32,000 bases of DNA, from contig NZ_LN831024.1 of the NCBI RefSeq assembly GCF_001457615.1, positions 3,120,001-3,152,000 of the forward strand, in the 5' to 3' direction. Positions 18,305-30,531 of this stretch are shown one piece after another; position 1 is the first letter of the stretch, and every line of letters starts with the position of its first letter. A model generated the notes under the pieces. The model was not told where the DNA came from, did not search any database, and was given only the letters and a program-made list of their open reading frames with translations. Both the position numbers and the translations under genes were made by a program. Source of the DNA: Pseudomonas aeruginosa. Its GTDB lineage: Bacteria; Pseudomonadota; Gammaproteobacteria; Pseudomonadales; Pseudomonadaceae.

Positions 18305-19038
18305 TCCTGCCGCGCCTGCAGGTGCTGACGGTGAACACCCACAAGGGTTTCAACCCGTTCAATCGGCGCTTCATCCTGCCGGAGTTGCGCGAAGCGGTGC
18401 GCAGCGTCGGTGCCGACCTGGTGTTCCTCCAGGAGGTCCTCGGCTCCCATAGCCTGCACGCCGCGCGCCTGCCGTCCTGGCCGCCGGCGCCGCAATACGA
18501 GTATCTGGCCGACAGCATGTGGCCGCAGTTCGCCTACGGGCGCAACGCGGTGTATCCCGAAGGCCACCATGGCAATGCCGTGCTCTCCAAGCATCCGATC
18601 CTCGCCCACCGCAACCTCGACGTCTCGGTGGCGGGCAACGAGGAACGCGGCCTGTTGCATGCGGTGATCGACATCGGCCGTCCGCTGCACGCGGTCTGCG
18701 TGCACCTGGGATTGCGCGAGGCGCAGCGCCAGCGCCAGTTGCAACTGCTCTGCGAGCTGGTGGCGGGCCTGCCGGAGCGCGAGCCGGTGGTGGTCGCCGG
18801 CGACTTCAACGACTGGCGCCAGCGCGCCGACCGCCTGCTCGCCGGTTGCGGCCTGCGCGAAGTCTTCGTCGGCGCCCAGGGCCGGCCGGCGCGCAGCTTC
18901 CCGGCGCGCTGGCCGGTGCTGCCGCTGGACCGCATTTACCTGCGCAATGCCCGCGGGCGCCAGCCGCGCATCCTCTCGCGGCGGCCCTGGTCGCACCTGT
19001 CCGACCACCTGCCGCTGGCGGTGGAGGTGGAGCCATGA
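18301..19038 (+). CDS. ybhP: endonuclease/exonuclease/phosphatase (EEP) family protein, YbhP homolog
   Basis: 245 aa, closely colinear with E. coli YbhP as I remember it: [98 protein letters not shown]. Confidence 0.88.
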   Translation: MILPRLQVLTVNTHKGFNPFNRRFILPELREAVRSVGADLVFLQEVLGSHSLHAARLPSWPPAPQYEYLADSMWPQFAYGRNAVYPEGHHGNAVLSKHPILAHRNLDVSVAGNEERGLLHAVIDIGRPLHAVCVHLGLREAQRQRQLQLLCELVAGLPEREPVVVAGDFNDWRQRADRLLAGCGLREVFVGAQGRPARSFPARWPVLPLDRIYLRNARGRQPRILSRRPWSHLSDHLPLAVEVEP

Positions 19039-20240
19039 ACTTCCCCTGGCGCGACGGCAACCGCGTAGAACTGCTGATCAACGGCGAAGAGTACTTTCCG
19101 CGCCTGTTCCAGTGCATCGCCGAGGCGCGCCGGGAGATCCTCCTGGAAACCTTCATCATCTTCGAGGACGAGGTCGGCCGGCAGTTGCAGGAAGCCCTCA
19201 GCGCCGCCGCCGAGCGCGGTGTCGAGGTGCAGGTCACGGTGGACGGCTACGGCACCGCCTCGCTCAGCCCGGACTACCTGGCCAGGCTGACCGCCTCCGG
19301 GGTCCGCGTGCACCTGTTCGACCCGCGCCCGCGCCTGCTCGGCATGCGCACCAACCTGTTTCGCCGGTTGCACCGCAAGCTGGTGGTGATCGATCGCCGG
19401 CAGGCCTTCGTCGGCGGCATCAATTACGGCGAGGACCACCTGGTACGTCGCGGCAACATGGCCAAGCAGGACTACGCGGTGCGCGTCGAGGGCCCGGTGG
19501 TGCGCGATATCCGCCAGGCCTGCCTGGCGCTGCTCGAACCGGACGCCGACTACCCGCCGTTGCGGCCGTCGGGCGCCGGGCAGCCGGCGCGGGTGCGCCT
19601 GGTGATCCGCGACAACGACCAGTCCAGCGACGACATCGAGCGCGAGTACCTGCAGGCGATCCGCCAGGCGCGGCGACGCCTGCTGATCGCCAACGCCTAT
19701 TTCTTCCCCGGCTACCGCCTGCTTCGCGAGCTGCGCGATGCGGCGCGCCGCGGCGTGCGCGTCGACCTGGTACTACAGGGCATGCCGGACATGCCGCTGG
19801 TGCGCCTGTGCAGCCGGCTGTTCTACGACTACCTGCTGCGCGAGGGCGTGCGTATCCACGAATACTGCCAGCGTCCGCTGCACGGCAAGGTCGCGGTGAT
19901 CGACGACGACTGGTCGACCATCGGTTCGAGCAATCTCGATCCCCTCAGCCTGTCGCTGAACCTGGAGGCCAACCTGGTGATCCGCGACGTCGCCTTCAAC
20001 GGCCAGCTCTACCAGCACCTGCGCGAGCTGGCGCGCCGCCACTGCCGGCGCATCAGCCGCCGCCACGCGAGGCGCGGCTACTGGTGGCGAGCGCCGCTGA
20101 TTTTCCTCGGCTTCCACTTTTCCAGGAACTTTCCGGCTATCGCCGGTTGGGTACCCGCCCATCTGCCACGCCTGAAATCGCTGGAGCCGCGTCCGTCGCG
20201 GCGCTGGCAGGAACGCCAGGGCCAGCGGGGCAACCCATGA
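19035..20240 (+). CDS. clsB: cardiolipin synthase B (PLD superfamily with two HKD motifs and no N-terminal TM segment)
   Basis: I place the start at ATG 19035 (ATGA overlap with the ybhP stop): [25 protein letters not shown]. The HKD motifs are [20 protein letters not shown] and [20 protein letters not shown]. The protein is colinear with E. coli ClsB. The track ORF starting at 18519 is a spurious extension. Confidence 0.92.
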   Translation: MNFPWRDGNRVELLINGEEYFPRLFQCIAEARREILLETFIIFEDEVGRQLQEALSAAAERGVEVQVTVDGYGTASLSPDYLARLTASGVRVHLFDPRPRLLGMRTNLFRRLHRKLVVIDRRQAFVGGINYGEDHLVRRGNMAKQDYAVRVEGPVVRDIRQACLALLEPDADYPPLRPSGAGQPARVRLVIRDNDQSSDDIEREYLQAIRQARRRLLIANAYFFPGYRLLRELRDAARRGVRVDLVLQGMPDMPLVRLCSRLFYDYLLREGVRIHEYCQRPLHGKVAVIDDDWSTIGSSNLDPLSLSLNLEANLVIRDVAFNGQLYQHLRELARRHCRRISRRHARRGYWWRAPLIFLGFHFSRNFPAIAGWVPAHLPRLKSLEPRPSRRWQERQGQRGNP

Positions 20241-21232
20241 ACGGCAGCGGTCACGAAGCCACCTCGACGCCGCCGCGCCGCTCTCACTGGCGCTGGCTGC
20301 GCAGGCTGCTGACCCTGGCGTTCTTCGTGCTGGTCCCGGTGCTGCTGTTCCTGCTGGTGAAGAATCTCGACTGGCAGGAAGTCCGCCACGCCCTCGGCGA
20401 GTATCGCCCCGCGACCCTGTTCCTCGGACTGCTGCTGGCGGCCGCCGGCTATACGGTGTTCAGCAGCTTCGACCTGCTCAGCCGCTACTACATCGGCCAC
20501 TCGCTGCCCAAGCGGCGGGTCTTCACCGTGGCGTTCGTGTGCAATGCGTTCAACCTCAACCTGAGTTCCTGGGTCGGCGCCGTGGCGCTGCGCTATCGCC
20601 TGTACAGTCGGCTCGGCCTGGACATCGCCGATATCACCCGGATCCTCACCTTCAGCCTGGTGACCAACTGGTTCGGCTACCTGCTGCTCGCCGGCATCCT
20701 GTTCAGCTGCGGCCTGCCGGCCTTGCCGCCGGGCTGGAAGCTCGGCAGCGACGGCCTGCGCCTGATCGGCGCCCTGCTCCTAGCGCTGGCCGCAGGCTAC
20801 CTGCTGGCCTGCCGTTTCGCCCGACGCCGCGCCTGGGGCTGGCGCGAGCATCGGCTGACCCTGCCGTCCTGGCGGCTGGCGGCCCTGCAAGGCCTGCTCG
20901 GAGCGAGCAACTGGTCGCTGATGGCGCTCCTGCTGTACAGCCTGCTGCCGCACAGCGTGGATTACCCGAGCGTCCTGGCGATCCTCCTGATCAGCAGCAT
21001 CGCCGGGGTCATCACCCATATCCCGGCCGGGCTCGGGGTGCTCGAAGCGGTGTTCATCGCCCTGCTCCAGGGGCGCCTGTCCCAGGGCGTGCTGCTGGCC
21101 GCGTTGATCGGCTACCGGGTGCTGTATTTCCTCCTACCCCTGGCGCTGGCCTGCGTGGTCTACCTGCTGTTGGAGCGCCGGGCGATCCGCCTGCGCCGCA
21201 AACAGCGCCGCCTGCACCAGGGCCAGGCCTGA
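20237..21232 (+). CDS. ybhN: lysylphosphatidylglycerol-synthase-TM-region (UPF0104) membrane protein, YbhN homolog
   Basis: I place the start at ATG 20237 (ATGA overlap with the clsB stop). The 331-aa product is multi-pass hydrophobic and colinear with E. coli YbhN: RYRLYSRLGL, TNWFGYLLLAGI, HIPAGLGVLEAVFIALL, AYRVLYFLLPL. Confidence 0.88.
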   Translation: MNGSGHEATSTPPRRSHWRWLRRLLTLAFFVLVPVLLFLLVKNLDWQEVRHALGEYRPATLFLGLLLAAAGYTVFSSFDLLSRYYIGHSLPKRRVFTVAFVCNAFNLNLSSWVGAVALRYRLYSRLGLDIADITRILTFSLVTNWFGYLLLAGILFSCGLPALPPGWKLGSDGLRLIGALLLALAAGYLLACRFARRRAWGWREHRLTLPSWRLAALQGLLGASNWSLMALLLYSLLPHSVDYPSVLAILLISSIAGVITHIPAGLGVLEAVFIALLQGRLSQGVLLAALIGYRVLYFLLPLALACVVYLLLERRAIRLRRKQRRLHQGQA

Positions 21233-21233
21233 A

Positions 21234-23428
21234 TCAGCCGGCCGGACGCAGCAGCAGCGTGCCCAGCGGCGGCAGGTCGAGCACCAGCGACTGCGCCTGG
21301 CCATGGGCGCCGCACGACTCGCTGGAGACGCGGCCCTGGCTGCCTGCGCCGGAACCGGCGAACGCCTGGGCGTCGCTATTGAGCAGCACGTCCCAGTCGC
21401 CGCCTTGCGGTACGCCGATCCGATAGCCCTGGCGCGGCACCGGGGTAAAATTGTGTACCGCCAGCAGCGATGGCTCGCCGGCCGCGTGGCGCAGCCAGGC
21501 GTAGACACTGTTCGCCTGGTCGTCGCCGATCAGCCATTCGAAGCCGAGCGCCTCGCCGTCGCGCGCATGCAGTGCGGGGAGTTCGCGGTACAGCCGGTTG
21601 AGGGCCGCCACCAGGTCCTGTACGCCCTGATGCTCCGGATAGCGCAGCAGGTACCAGTCCAGTTCGCCGTCGTGGTTCCACTCGCGCCACTGGCCGAACT
21701 CGCATCCCATGAACAGCAGCTTCTTGCCCGGGTGCGACCACATGAAGCTCAGGTACAGGCGCAGGTTGGCGAACTTCTGCCAGCGGTCGCCGGGCATCTT
21801 GTCCAGTAGCGAGTGCTTGCCATGTACCACCTCGTCGTGGGAGATCGGCAGGATGAAATGCTCGGAGAAGGCGTAGAGCAGGCCGAAGGTCAACTGGTGG
21901 TGGTGATAGCGCCGGTGCAGCGGGTCTTCGCCGATGTACGCCAGGCTGTCGTGCATCCAGCCCATGTTCCACTTATGGCTGAAGCCCAGGCCGCCCTCCG
22001 CCACCGGACGGCTGACGCCGGGCCAGGCGGTGGATTCCTCGGCGATCACCAGCGCGCCGGGGGTTTCGCTGGCGACCACCTGGTTGAGGTGATGGAGGAA
22101 GTCGATGGCCTCCAGGTTCTCCCGGCCGCCATGGCGGTTCGGCAGCCATTCGCCTTCCTTGCGCGAATAGTCGCGATAGAGCATCGAGGCCACCGCATCC
22201 ACCCGCAGGCCGTCGACGTGGTAGGTGCGCAGCCAGTGCAGCGCCGAGGCCAGCATGAAGCCGTGCACCTCGCTGCGGCCAAGGTTGTAGATGTAGGTAT
22301 CCCAGTCCTGGTGGAAGCCTTCGAAGGGATGTTCGTACTCGTACAGCGCCGTGCCGTCGAAACGGCCCAGGCCGTGGGCGTCGGTGGGAAAATGCGCCGG
22401 CACCCAGTCGAGGATCACGCCGATGCCGGCCTGGTGGCAGGCGTCGACGAACGCGGCGAAGTCCTCCGGCGTGCCGTAGCGCGCGGTAGGGGCGAACAAC
22501 CCGAGTGGCTGGTAGCCCCAGGAGCCGCCGAAGGGATGTTCCATCACCGGCATCAGCTCGATATGGGTGAAGCCGAGCTGGCGCACGTAGGGAATCAGCT
22601 CCTCCGCCAGTTCCGACCAGTGCGGCGGCCGGCCGTCGCGGTGGCGCCAGGAGCCGGCGTGGACTTCGTAGATCGACAGCGGTGCCGCATAGCCCTGGCG
22701 CTCCGCGCGCCGAGCCAGCCAGTCCTGGTCGCGCCACTCGTGGCGCAACGCCGCGCAGGTCTTCGAAGCGGTTCCGGGCGGCGTCTCGCAGGCCAGCGCC
22801 AGGGGGTCGGCCTTCAGCGGCAGGAGGCCGTCGTGGCCCTGCAACTCGTACTTGTACAGTTCGCCCTCGCCGAGGCGCGGGACGAACAGTTCCCAGACGC
22901 CGGATGGATAGCGTCGTCGCATCGGGTGACGACGCCCGTCCCAGCCGTTGAAATCGCCGACCACCGAGACGCGCACGGCGTTCGGCGCCCAGACCGCGAA
23001 GCGCACGCCCTCCACGCCTTCGTGACGGGTCAGTTGCGCGCCCAGGCAGGAGGCCAGTTGGCGGTGGTTGCCTTCGGCGAACAGGTAGAGGTCGAGTTCG
23101 CCGAGCAACGGCCCGAAGGCATAGGGGTCTTCGCTTTCCTGCACGCCGTCCGGCCAGTGCACGCGCAGGCGGTAGCGCGGTGGCAGGCGCTCCAGGTGGC
23201 GCTGGAACAAGCCGCTGCCGGGGTCGCTCTGCTCCAGTTCGGCGAGCGTCGCGCCGTCTTCGTCGAGCAGCTCGACGCGCTGCGCGCCGGGCAGGTAGGC
23301 GCGCAGCACGCCGCCTTCGCCGCCGGGGTCGCGCTGCGGGCCGAGGAAGGCGAATGGATCGCCCTGCAGGCCGCGCTGCAGCTTGTCCAGCTCCAGTTGC
23401 CAGCGTTCGCGTTCGGACATCGGTTCGC

Positions 23429-23432
<4 letters not shown>
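21234..23432 (-). CDS. glgB: 1,4-alpha-glucan branching enzyme (GH13)
   Basis: 732 aa. Contains [58 protein letters not shown] and SHDEVVHGK. The start overlaps the treS stop (ATGA). Confidence 0.93.
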
Positions 23433-26731
<3,299 letters not shown>

Positions 26732-26741
26732 GGGTTTCTCC

Positions 26742-28736
26742 TTATGCGTCGACGCGCCGCACGCGCCAGATGCCGAACGGCAGGTGCCAGGGTTCGATGC
26801 GCATCCACTGGACCTTGCCGTGCCAGACCCAGCGATGCCCGTTCATCAGGTCCTCGCCCTGGAGGCTGGCGTCGTCGGGCAGGCCGAACTCCCACAGCGG
26901 CAGTTCGAAATGCGCCTCCTGGGCTTCGTGCGGGTCCAGGCAGACCGCCACCAGGACGAAGTTGGCGAGGTCCGCGGTGCGCTTGCCGAAATACAGGATG
27001 CGGTCGTTCCAGGCGTTGTAGGCCTGGAACCCGAGGTGCGTCTGCAATGCCGGGTTTTCCCGGCGGATGCGGTTGAGCCGGGCGATCTCGGCGACGATGT
27101 TGCCCGGCGCCTGGTAGTCGCGCGGACGCAACTGGTATTTCTCCGAGTCGAGGTACTCCTCCTTGCCCGGCAAGGCCGCCGCCTCGCACAGCTCGAAGCC
27201 GGAGTACATGCCCCACAGCCCCGACCCCATGGTCGCCAGGGCGGCACGGATGAGGAAGCCGGGGCGGCCGGAGCGTTGCAGGAACCAGGGATTGATGTCC
27301 GGGGTGTTGACGAAGAAGTTCGGCCGGTAGCAGTCGCGCCAGGGTGGCTGGTTGAGTTCGGCGAAGTACTCCGCCAGTTCCTGCTTGTCGTTGCGCCAGG
27401 TGAAATAGGTGTAGCTCTGGCTGAAGCCGACCTTGCCCAGGCGCGCCATCATCGCCGGGCGGGTGAACGCCTCGGAAAGGAAGATCACCTGCGGATGGCG
27501 GCCGCGCACTTCGGCGATCAGCCACTCCCAGAACGGCAGTGGCTTGGTGTGCGGGTTGTCGACGCGAAACAGCGTCACGCCCTGCTCGACCCAGCCCAGC
27601 ACCACGTCGCGCAAGGCTTCCCACAGGCTCGGCAGGGCCTGTTCGGCGTAGAAGTCGACGTTGACGATGTCCTCGTACTTCTTCGGCGGGTTCTCCGCGT
27701 AGCGCAAGCTACCGTCCGGACGCCAGGCGAACCAGCCGGGATGCTCGCGCAGCCAGGGGTGGTCGGGGGAGCACTGGATGGCGAAGTCCAGCGCCAGTTC
27801 CATGCCGTGCTCGCGCACCGCAACGAGCAGCCGGCGGAAATCCTCGCGGTCGCCCAGTTCGGGATGGATCGCCTCGTGGCCGCCCTCCTCGCTGCCGATC
27901 GCATACGGGCTGCCGGGGTCGCCGGCCTCGGCACGCAAGGAATTGTTGCGGCCCTTGCGATGGGTGCGGCCGATGGGGTGGATCGGCGGGAAATAGAGAA
28001 CGTCGAAGCCCATCGCGGCGATCTGCGGCAGGCGCCGGATCACGTCGTCGAAGGTACCGTGGCGTGTCGGGTCGCCGCTTTCCGAGCGAGGAAACAGCTC
28101 GTACCAACTGGCGAAGCGCGCCAGCGGTCGCTCCACCTCCACCGGGTATTCGCGGCTGCGCACCAGGTGCTCGCGCGGGCCGACCAGACGCAACAGTTCG
28201 CCGGTCTGCGCCGCCAGCCACAGCGCCACCCGCTCCTCGACGCTCTGGCAGGCCTGCAGGCGTTCGGCCAGCGGCGCACAGGCGGCGGCGATCTCCGGAC
28301 CGCCGCGCTCGGCGCAGCGCTGCAGCAGTTCGTCGCCCTCGCGCAGCTCCAGGTCCAGCGGCAGGCGTGCGCCATGCTTGGCACGCAATTCGCGGCGGTA
28401 GCCGGCAAAACGGTCGATCCAGGCCTCGATACGGAAGTACAGGCGGCCGCAGGGCGGCGTGCGCAACTGCGCGCTCCAGAAATCGTTGCCTTCGGGCAGC
28501 AGCGGCAGGCGCCGCTCCGCGGTTTCCCCGACACGCCGCCAGACCACCTCGGCACCGAGTACCTCATGGCCATCGGCGAAGATTCGCGCGGCCAGGCGCA
28601 GGTCGCGGTCGCTCTCGGTCTTCGCGGGATAGGCGCCCTCTTCCACCACAGGGCTGACCGACTCGATGGCGATACGGGGCTGCTGGATGGCGATGACCAG
28701 CGGATCATCGTCGCTGTTGCGGACAATCGAACTCAT
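26742..28736 (-). CDS. glgE: alpha-1,4-glucan:maltose-1-phosphate maltosyltransferase
   Basis: 664 aa with a GGAGGAG RBS. GlgE-specific segments are present: WYELFPRS, FDVLYFPPIHPIG, GSPYAIGS, FRVDNPHTKP, SQSYTYFTWRN. Confidence 0.92.
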   Translation of the reverse strand: MSSIVRNSDDDPLVIAIQQPRIAIESVSPVVEEGAYPAKTESDRDLRLAARIFADGHEVLGAEVVWRRVGETAERRLPLLPEGNDFWSAQLRTPPCGRLYFRIEAWIDRFAGYRRELRAKHGARLPLDLELREGDELLQRCAERGGPEIAAACAPLAERLQACQSVEERVALWLAAQTGELLRLVGPREHLVRSREYPVEVERPLARFASWYELFPRSESGDPTRHGTFDDVIRRLPQIAAMGFDVLYFPPIHPIGRTHRKGRNNSLRAEAGDPGSPYAIGSEEGGHEAIHPELGDREDFRRLLVAVREHGMELALDFAIQCSPDHPWLREHPGWFAWRPDGSLRYAENPPKKYEDIVNVDFYAEQALPSLWEALRDVVLGWVEQGVTLFRVDNPHTKPLPFWEWLIAEVRGRHPQVIFLSEAFTRPAMMARLGKVGFSQSYTYFTWRNDKQELAEYFAELNQPPWRDCYRPNFFVNTPDINPWFLQRSGRPGFLIRAALATMGSGLWGMYSGFELCEAAALPGKEEYLDSEKYQLRPRDYQAPGNIVAEIARLNRIRRENPALQTHLGFQAYNAWNDRILYFGKRTADLANFVLVAVCLDPHEAQEAHFELPLWEFGLPDDASLQGEDLMNGHRWVWHGKVQWMRIEPWHLPFGIWRVRRVDA

Positions 28737-28785
28737 CGAGGCGCGCTCCTCCGGGACGTGGGTTCGGCGATGGGTCGCGAGGCTT

Positions 28786-28809
28786 CCGCCGGCCTCGAAT
28801 GGCCGGCGG
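28786..28809. other. perfect 9-bp inverted repeat in the ku-glgE intergenic region
   Basis: CCGCCGGCC-TCGAAT-GGCCGGCGG, read directly from the sequence. It lies 71 nt downstream of the ku stop and 50 nt upstream of the glgE ATG. No U-tract is present. It could be an attenuator, a leader structure or a protein-binding site. Confidence 0.4.
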
Positions 28810-28879
28810 CGCGGACGGTCATTGATTCCGAGCCCGCCGGCGACCGATTGGTTCAGGTTGATTTACCCAGCGGCTCGCC

Positions 28880-29761
28880 TCAGGCCTTGCGCCGCGAACG
28901 CGAGGCACCGGACTTGGCGCGACCCTTCGGGTCGGCCCCGGCCTTTTCGCTGCCCTTGTCCTTGCCGCCGCCGGCGCGGGAACGCAGGCTGCGCTTGAGC
29001 AGGTCGGTGAGATCGATGATGTCGGCGCCCTTGCCAGCCACCTCCTCCTCTTCCTCCACCGCGTGCAGCTGGCCCTTGGCGGCCTTTTCCTCGACCAGCT
29101 TCATGATCTTGTCGCTGAAGCTGTCCTTGTATTCGTCCGGCTCCCAGTGGGAGGCCATGTCCTCCACCAGGCGCTTGGCCATCTCCAGCTCGCGCTTGTC
29201 GAGTTTCGCCTCGGTGACGCTTTCGTCCAGCTCCAGGCCATCCAGGCTGCGCACCTGCGACGGCCAGCGCAGGGTGATCAGCACCAGGGCGTCCTGCAGA
29301 GGCCGCAGGAGCGCCAGGTGCTGGCGGGTGTGCAGGACGACGTTGGCCAGGGCGACCTTGCCGGTACGCTCCAGGGTCTCCCGGAGCAGCGCGTAGACCT
29401 TGCCTCCGCGCCGGTCGGGGGCCAGGTAGTACGGGGTATCGAAGTGCTGCAGGGGAATTTCCTGGCTATCGACGAAAGCGAAGATCTCGATGGTCTGGGT
29501 CGACTTGGGATGCGCCGCGCGGATTTCTTCCTCGCTCAGCACCACGTAGCGACCCTTTTCGTACTCCACGCCCTTGACGATGTTCTCGCGCTCGATCTCC
29601 TTGCCGGTGACCTTGTTCACCCGTTTGTAGCCGACCGGCTCCATGCTGCGCTGGTCGAGCCAGTCGAAATCGATGCCCTGCGACGAGGTCGCCGCCGACA
29701 GGCTCACCGGTATATGCACCAGGCCGAAGCTGATCGCGCCTTTCCAGATCGCACGCGCCAT
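28880..29761 (-). CDS. ku: Ku protein (bacterial non-homologous end-joining DNA-end binding)
   Basis: 293 aa with a GAGGAGG RBS. It begins MARAIWKGAISFGLVHIPVSL and contains PVGYKRVNKVTGKEI and YYLAPD. The basic C-terminal tail (KGRAKSGASRSRRKA) is typical of bacterial Ku. Confidence 0.92.
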   Translation of the reverse strand: MARAIWKGAISFGLVHIPVSLSAATSSQGIDFDWLDQRSMEPVGYKRVNKVTGKEIERENIVKGVEYEKGRYVVLSEEEIRAAHPKSTQTIEIFAFVDSQEIPLQHFDTPYYLAPDRRGGKVYALLRETLERTGKVALANVVLHTRQHLALLRPLQDALVLITLRWPSQVRSLDGLELDESVTEAKLDKRELEMAKRLVEDMASHWEPDEYKDSFSDKIMKLVEEKAAKGQLHAVEEEEEVAGKGADIIDLTDLLKRSLRSRAGGGKDKGSEKAGADPKGRAKSGASRSRRKA

Positions 29762-29783
29762 GCCGGTTTCCTCCTCTTGATGG

Positions 29784-30026
29784 TTACAGCGTGCCGCCGT
29801 CCGCGTAACGCACGCGGCCGTCGGCGGCGATGTCGGTGATACGCTGGAGCAGGTTGTCGGCGGCGGTCTCGGCGTCGCTCAGGCAGCTGCAACCCGGGGT
29901 CACTACCCACAGCATGCGTACCGCCGCGCCACGCCGCTTGGGCTGATAGAGGATCAGACCGACCGGCTGGCAGCGCTCCTGCATCGCGTCGGTCCAGGCG
30001 GTACAGGCGTCGAAGTCCTTGAACAT
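29784..30026 (-). CDS. hypothetical 80-aa protein with four Cys
   Basis: The GAGGAG RBS overlaps the stop of the upstream MgtC-like gene. The ORF ends 22 nt before the ku ATG. Codon usage is high GC3. I recognise no domain. Confidence 0.6.
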   Translation of the reverse strand: MFKDFDACTAWTDAMQERCQPVGLILYQPKRRGAAVRMLWVVTPGCSCLSDAETAADNLLQRITDIAADGRVRYADGGTL

Positions 30027-30039
30027 GACGGAACTCTCC

Positions 30040-30531
30040 TCAATGGCTATCGGAAGATGGCGGCGAACGGTTCAGGCAGGCCAGGACATGCAGCACCAGT
30101 AGCGCCAGGACCGTCCCGAGCACCGCGGTACCCTGGTGACCGAGTCCGACCGCGACGCCTATGGCGGTGCTGGCCCAGAGACCCGCCGCGGTGGTCAGGC
30201 CCCTGACCCGGCTTTCCCGACCTGCCTTGAGGATGGTGCCGGCGCAGAGGAAGCCGATGCCGGCGACGGTGCCCTGGATCACCCGGCTCAGCGCGTCCGC
30301 CCCGCCACCCTGCAATTGCAGCGGCATGACGAACAGCGCCGCGCCGAGGGTTACCAGCATGTGCGTGCGCAGGCCGGCGGCCTTGCCGCTCTGCTCGCGC
30401 TCGTAGCCGAGTACCGCGCCGAGCGCCGCCGCCAGCAGCAGGCGCAACGCGGCGCGGGCGGTCTGCTCGAAGTCGGCGAGATCGGCGAACTCCTCGCCGA
30501 GGATCTTCCACAACGTCTCCCAGGCGCTCAT
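30040..30531 (-). CDS. MgtC/SapB family membrane protein (short form, membrane domain only)
   Basis: Contains LLLAAALGAVLGYEREQSGKAAGLRTHMLVTLGAALF...GIGFLCAGTIL...VRGLTTAAGLWASTAIGVAVG, the MgtC family core. I chose the ATG at c(30529-30531), giving 163 aa. The track start at 30567 is a TTG codon. Confidence 0.8.
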   Translation of the reverse strand: MSAWETLWKILGEEFADLADFEQTARAALRLLLAAALGAVLGYEREQSGKAAGLRTHMLVTLGAALFVMPLQLQGGGADALSRVIQGTVAGIGFLCAGTILKAGRESRVRGLTTAAGLWASTAIGVAVGLGHQGTAVLGTVLALLVLHVLACLNRSPPSSDSH

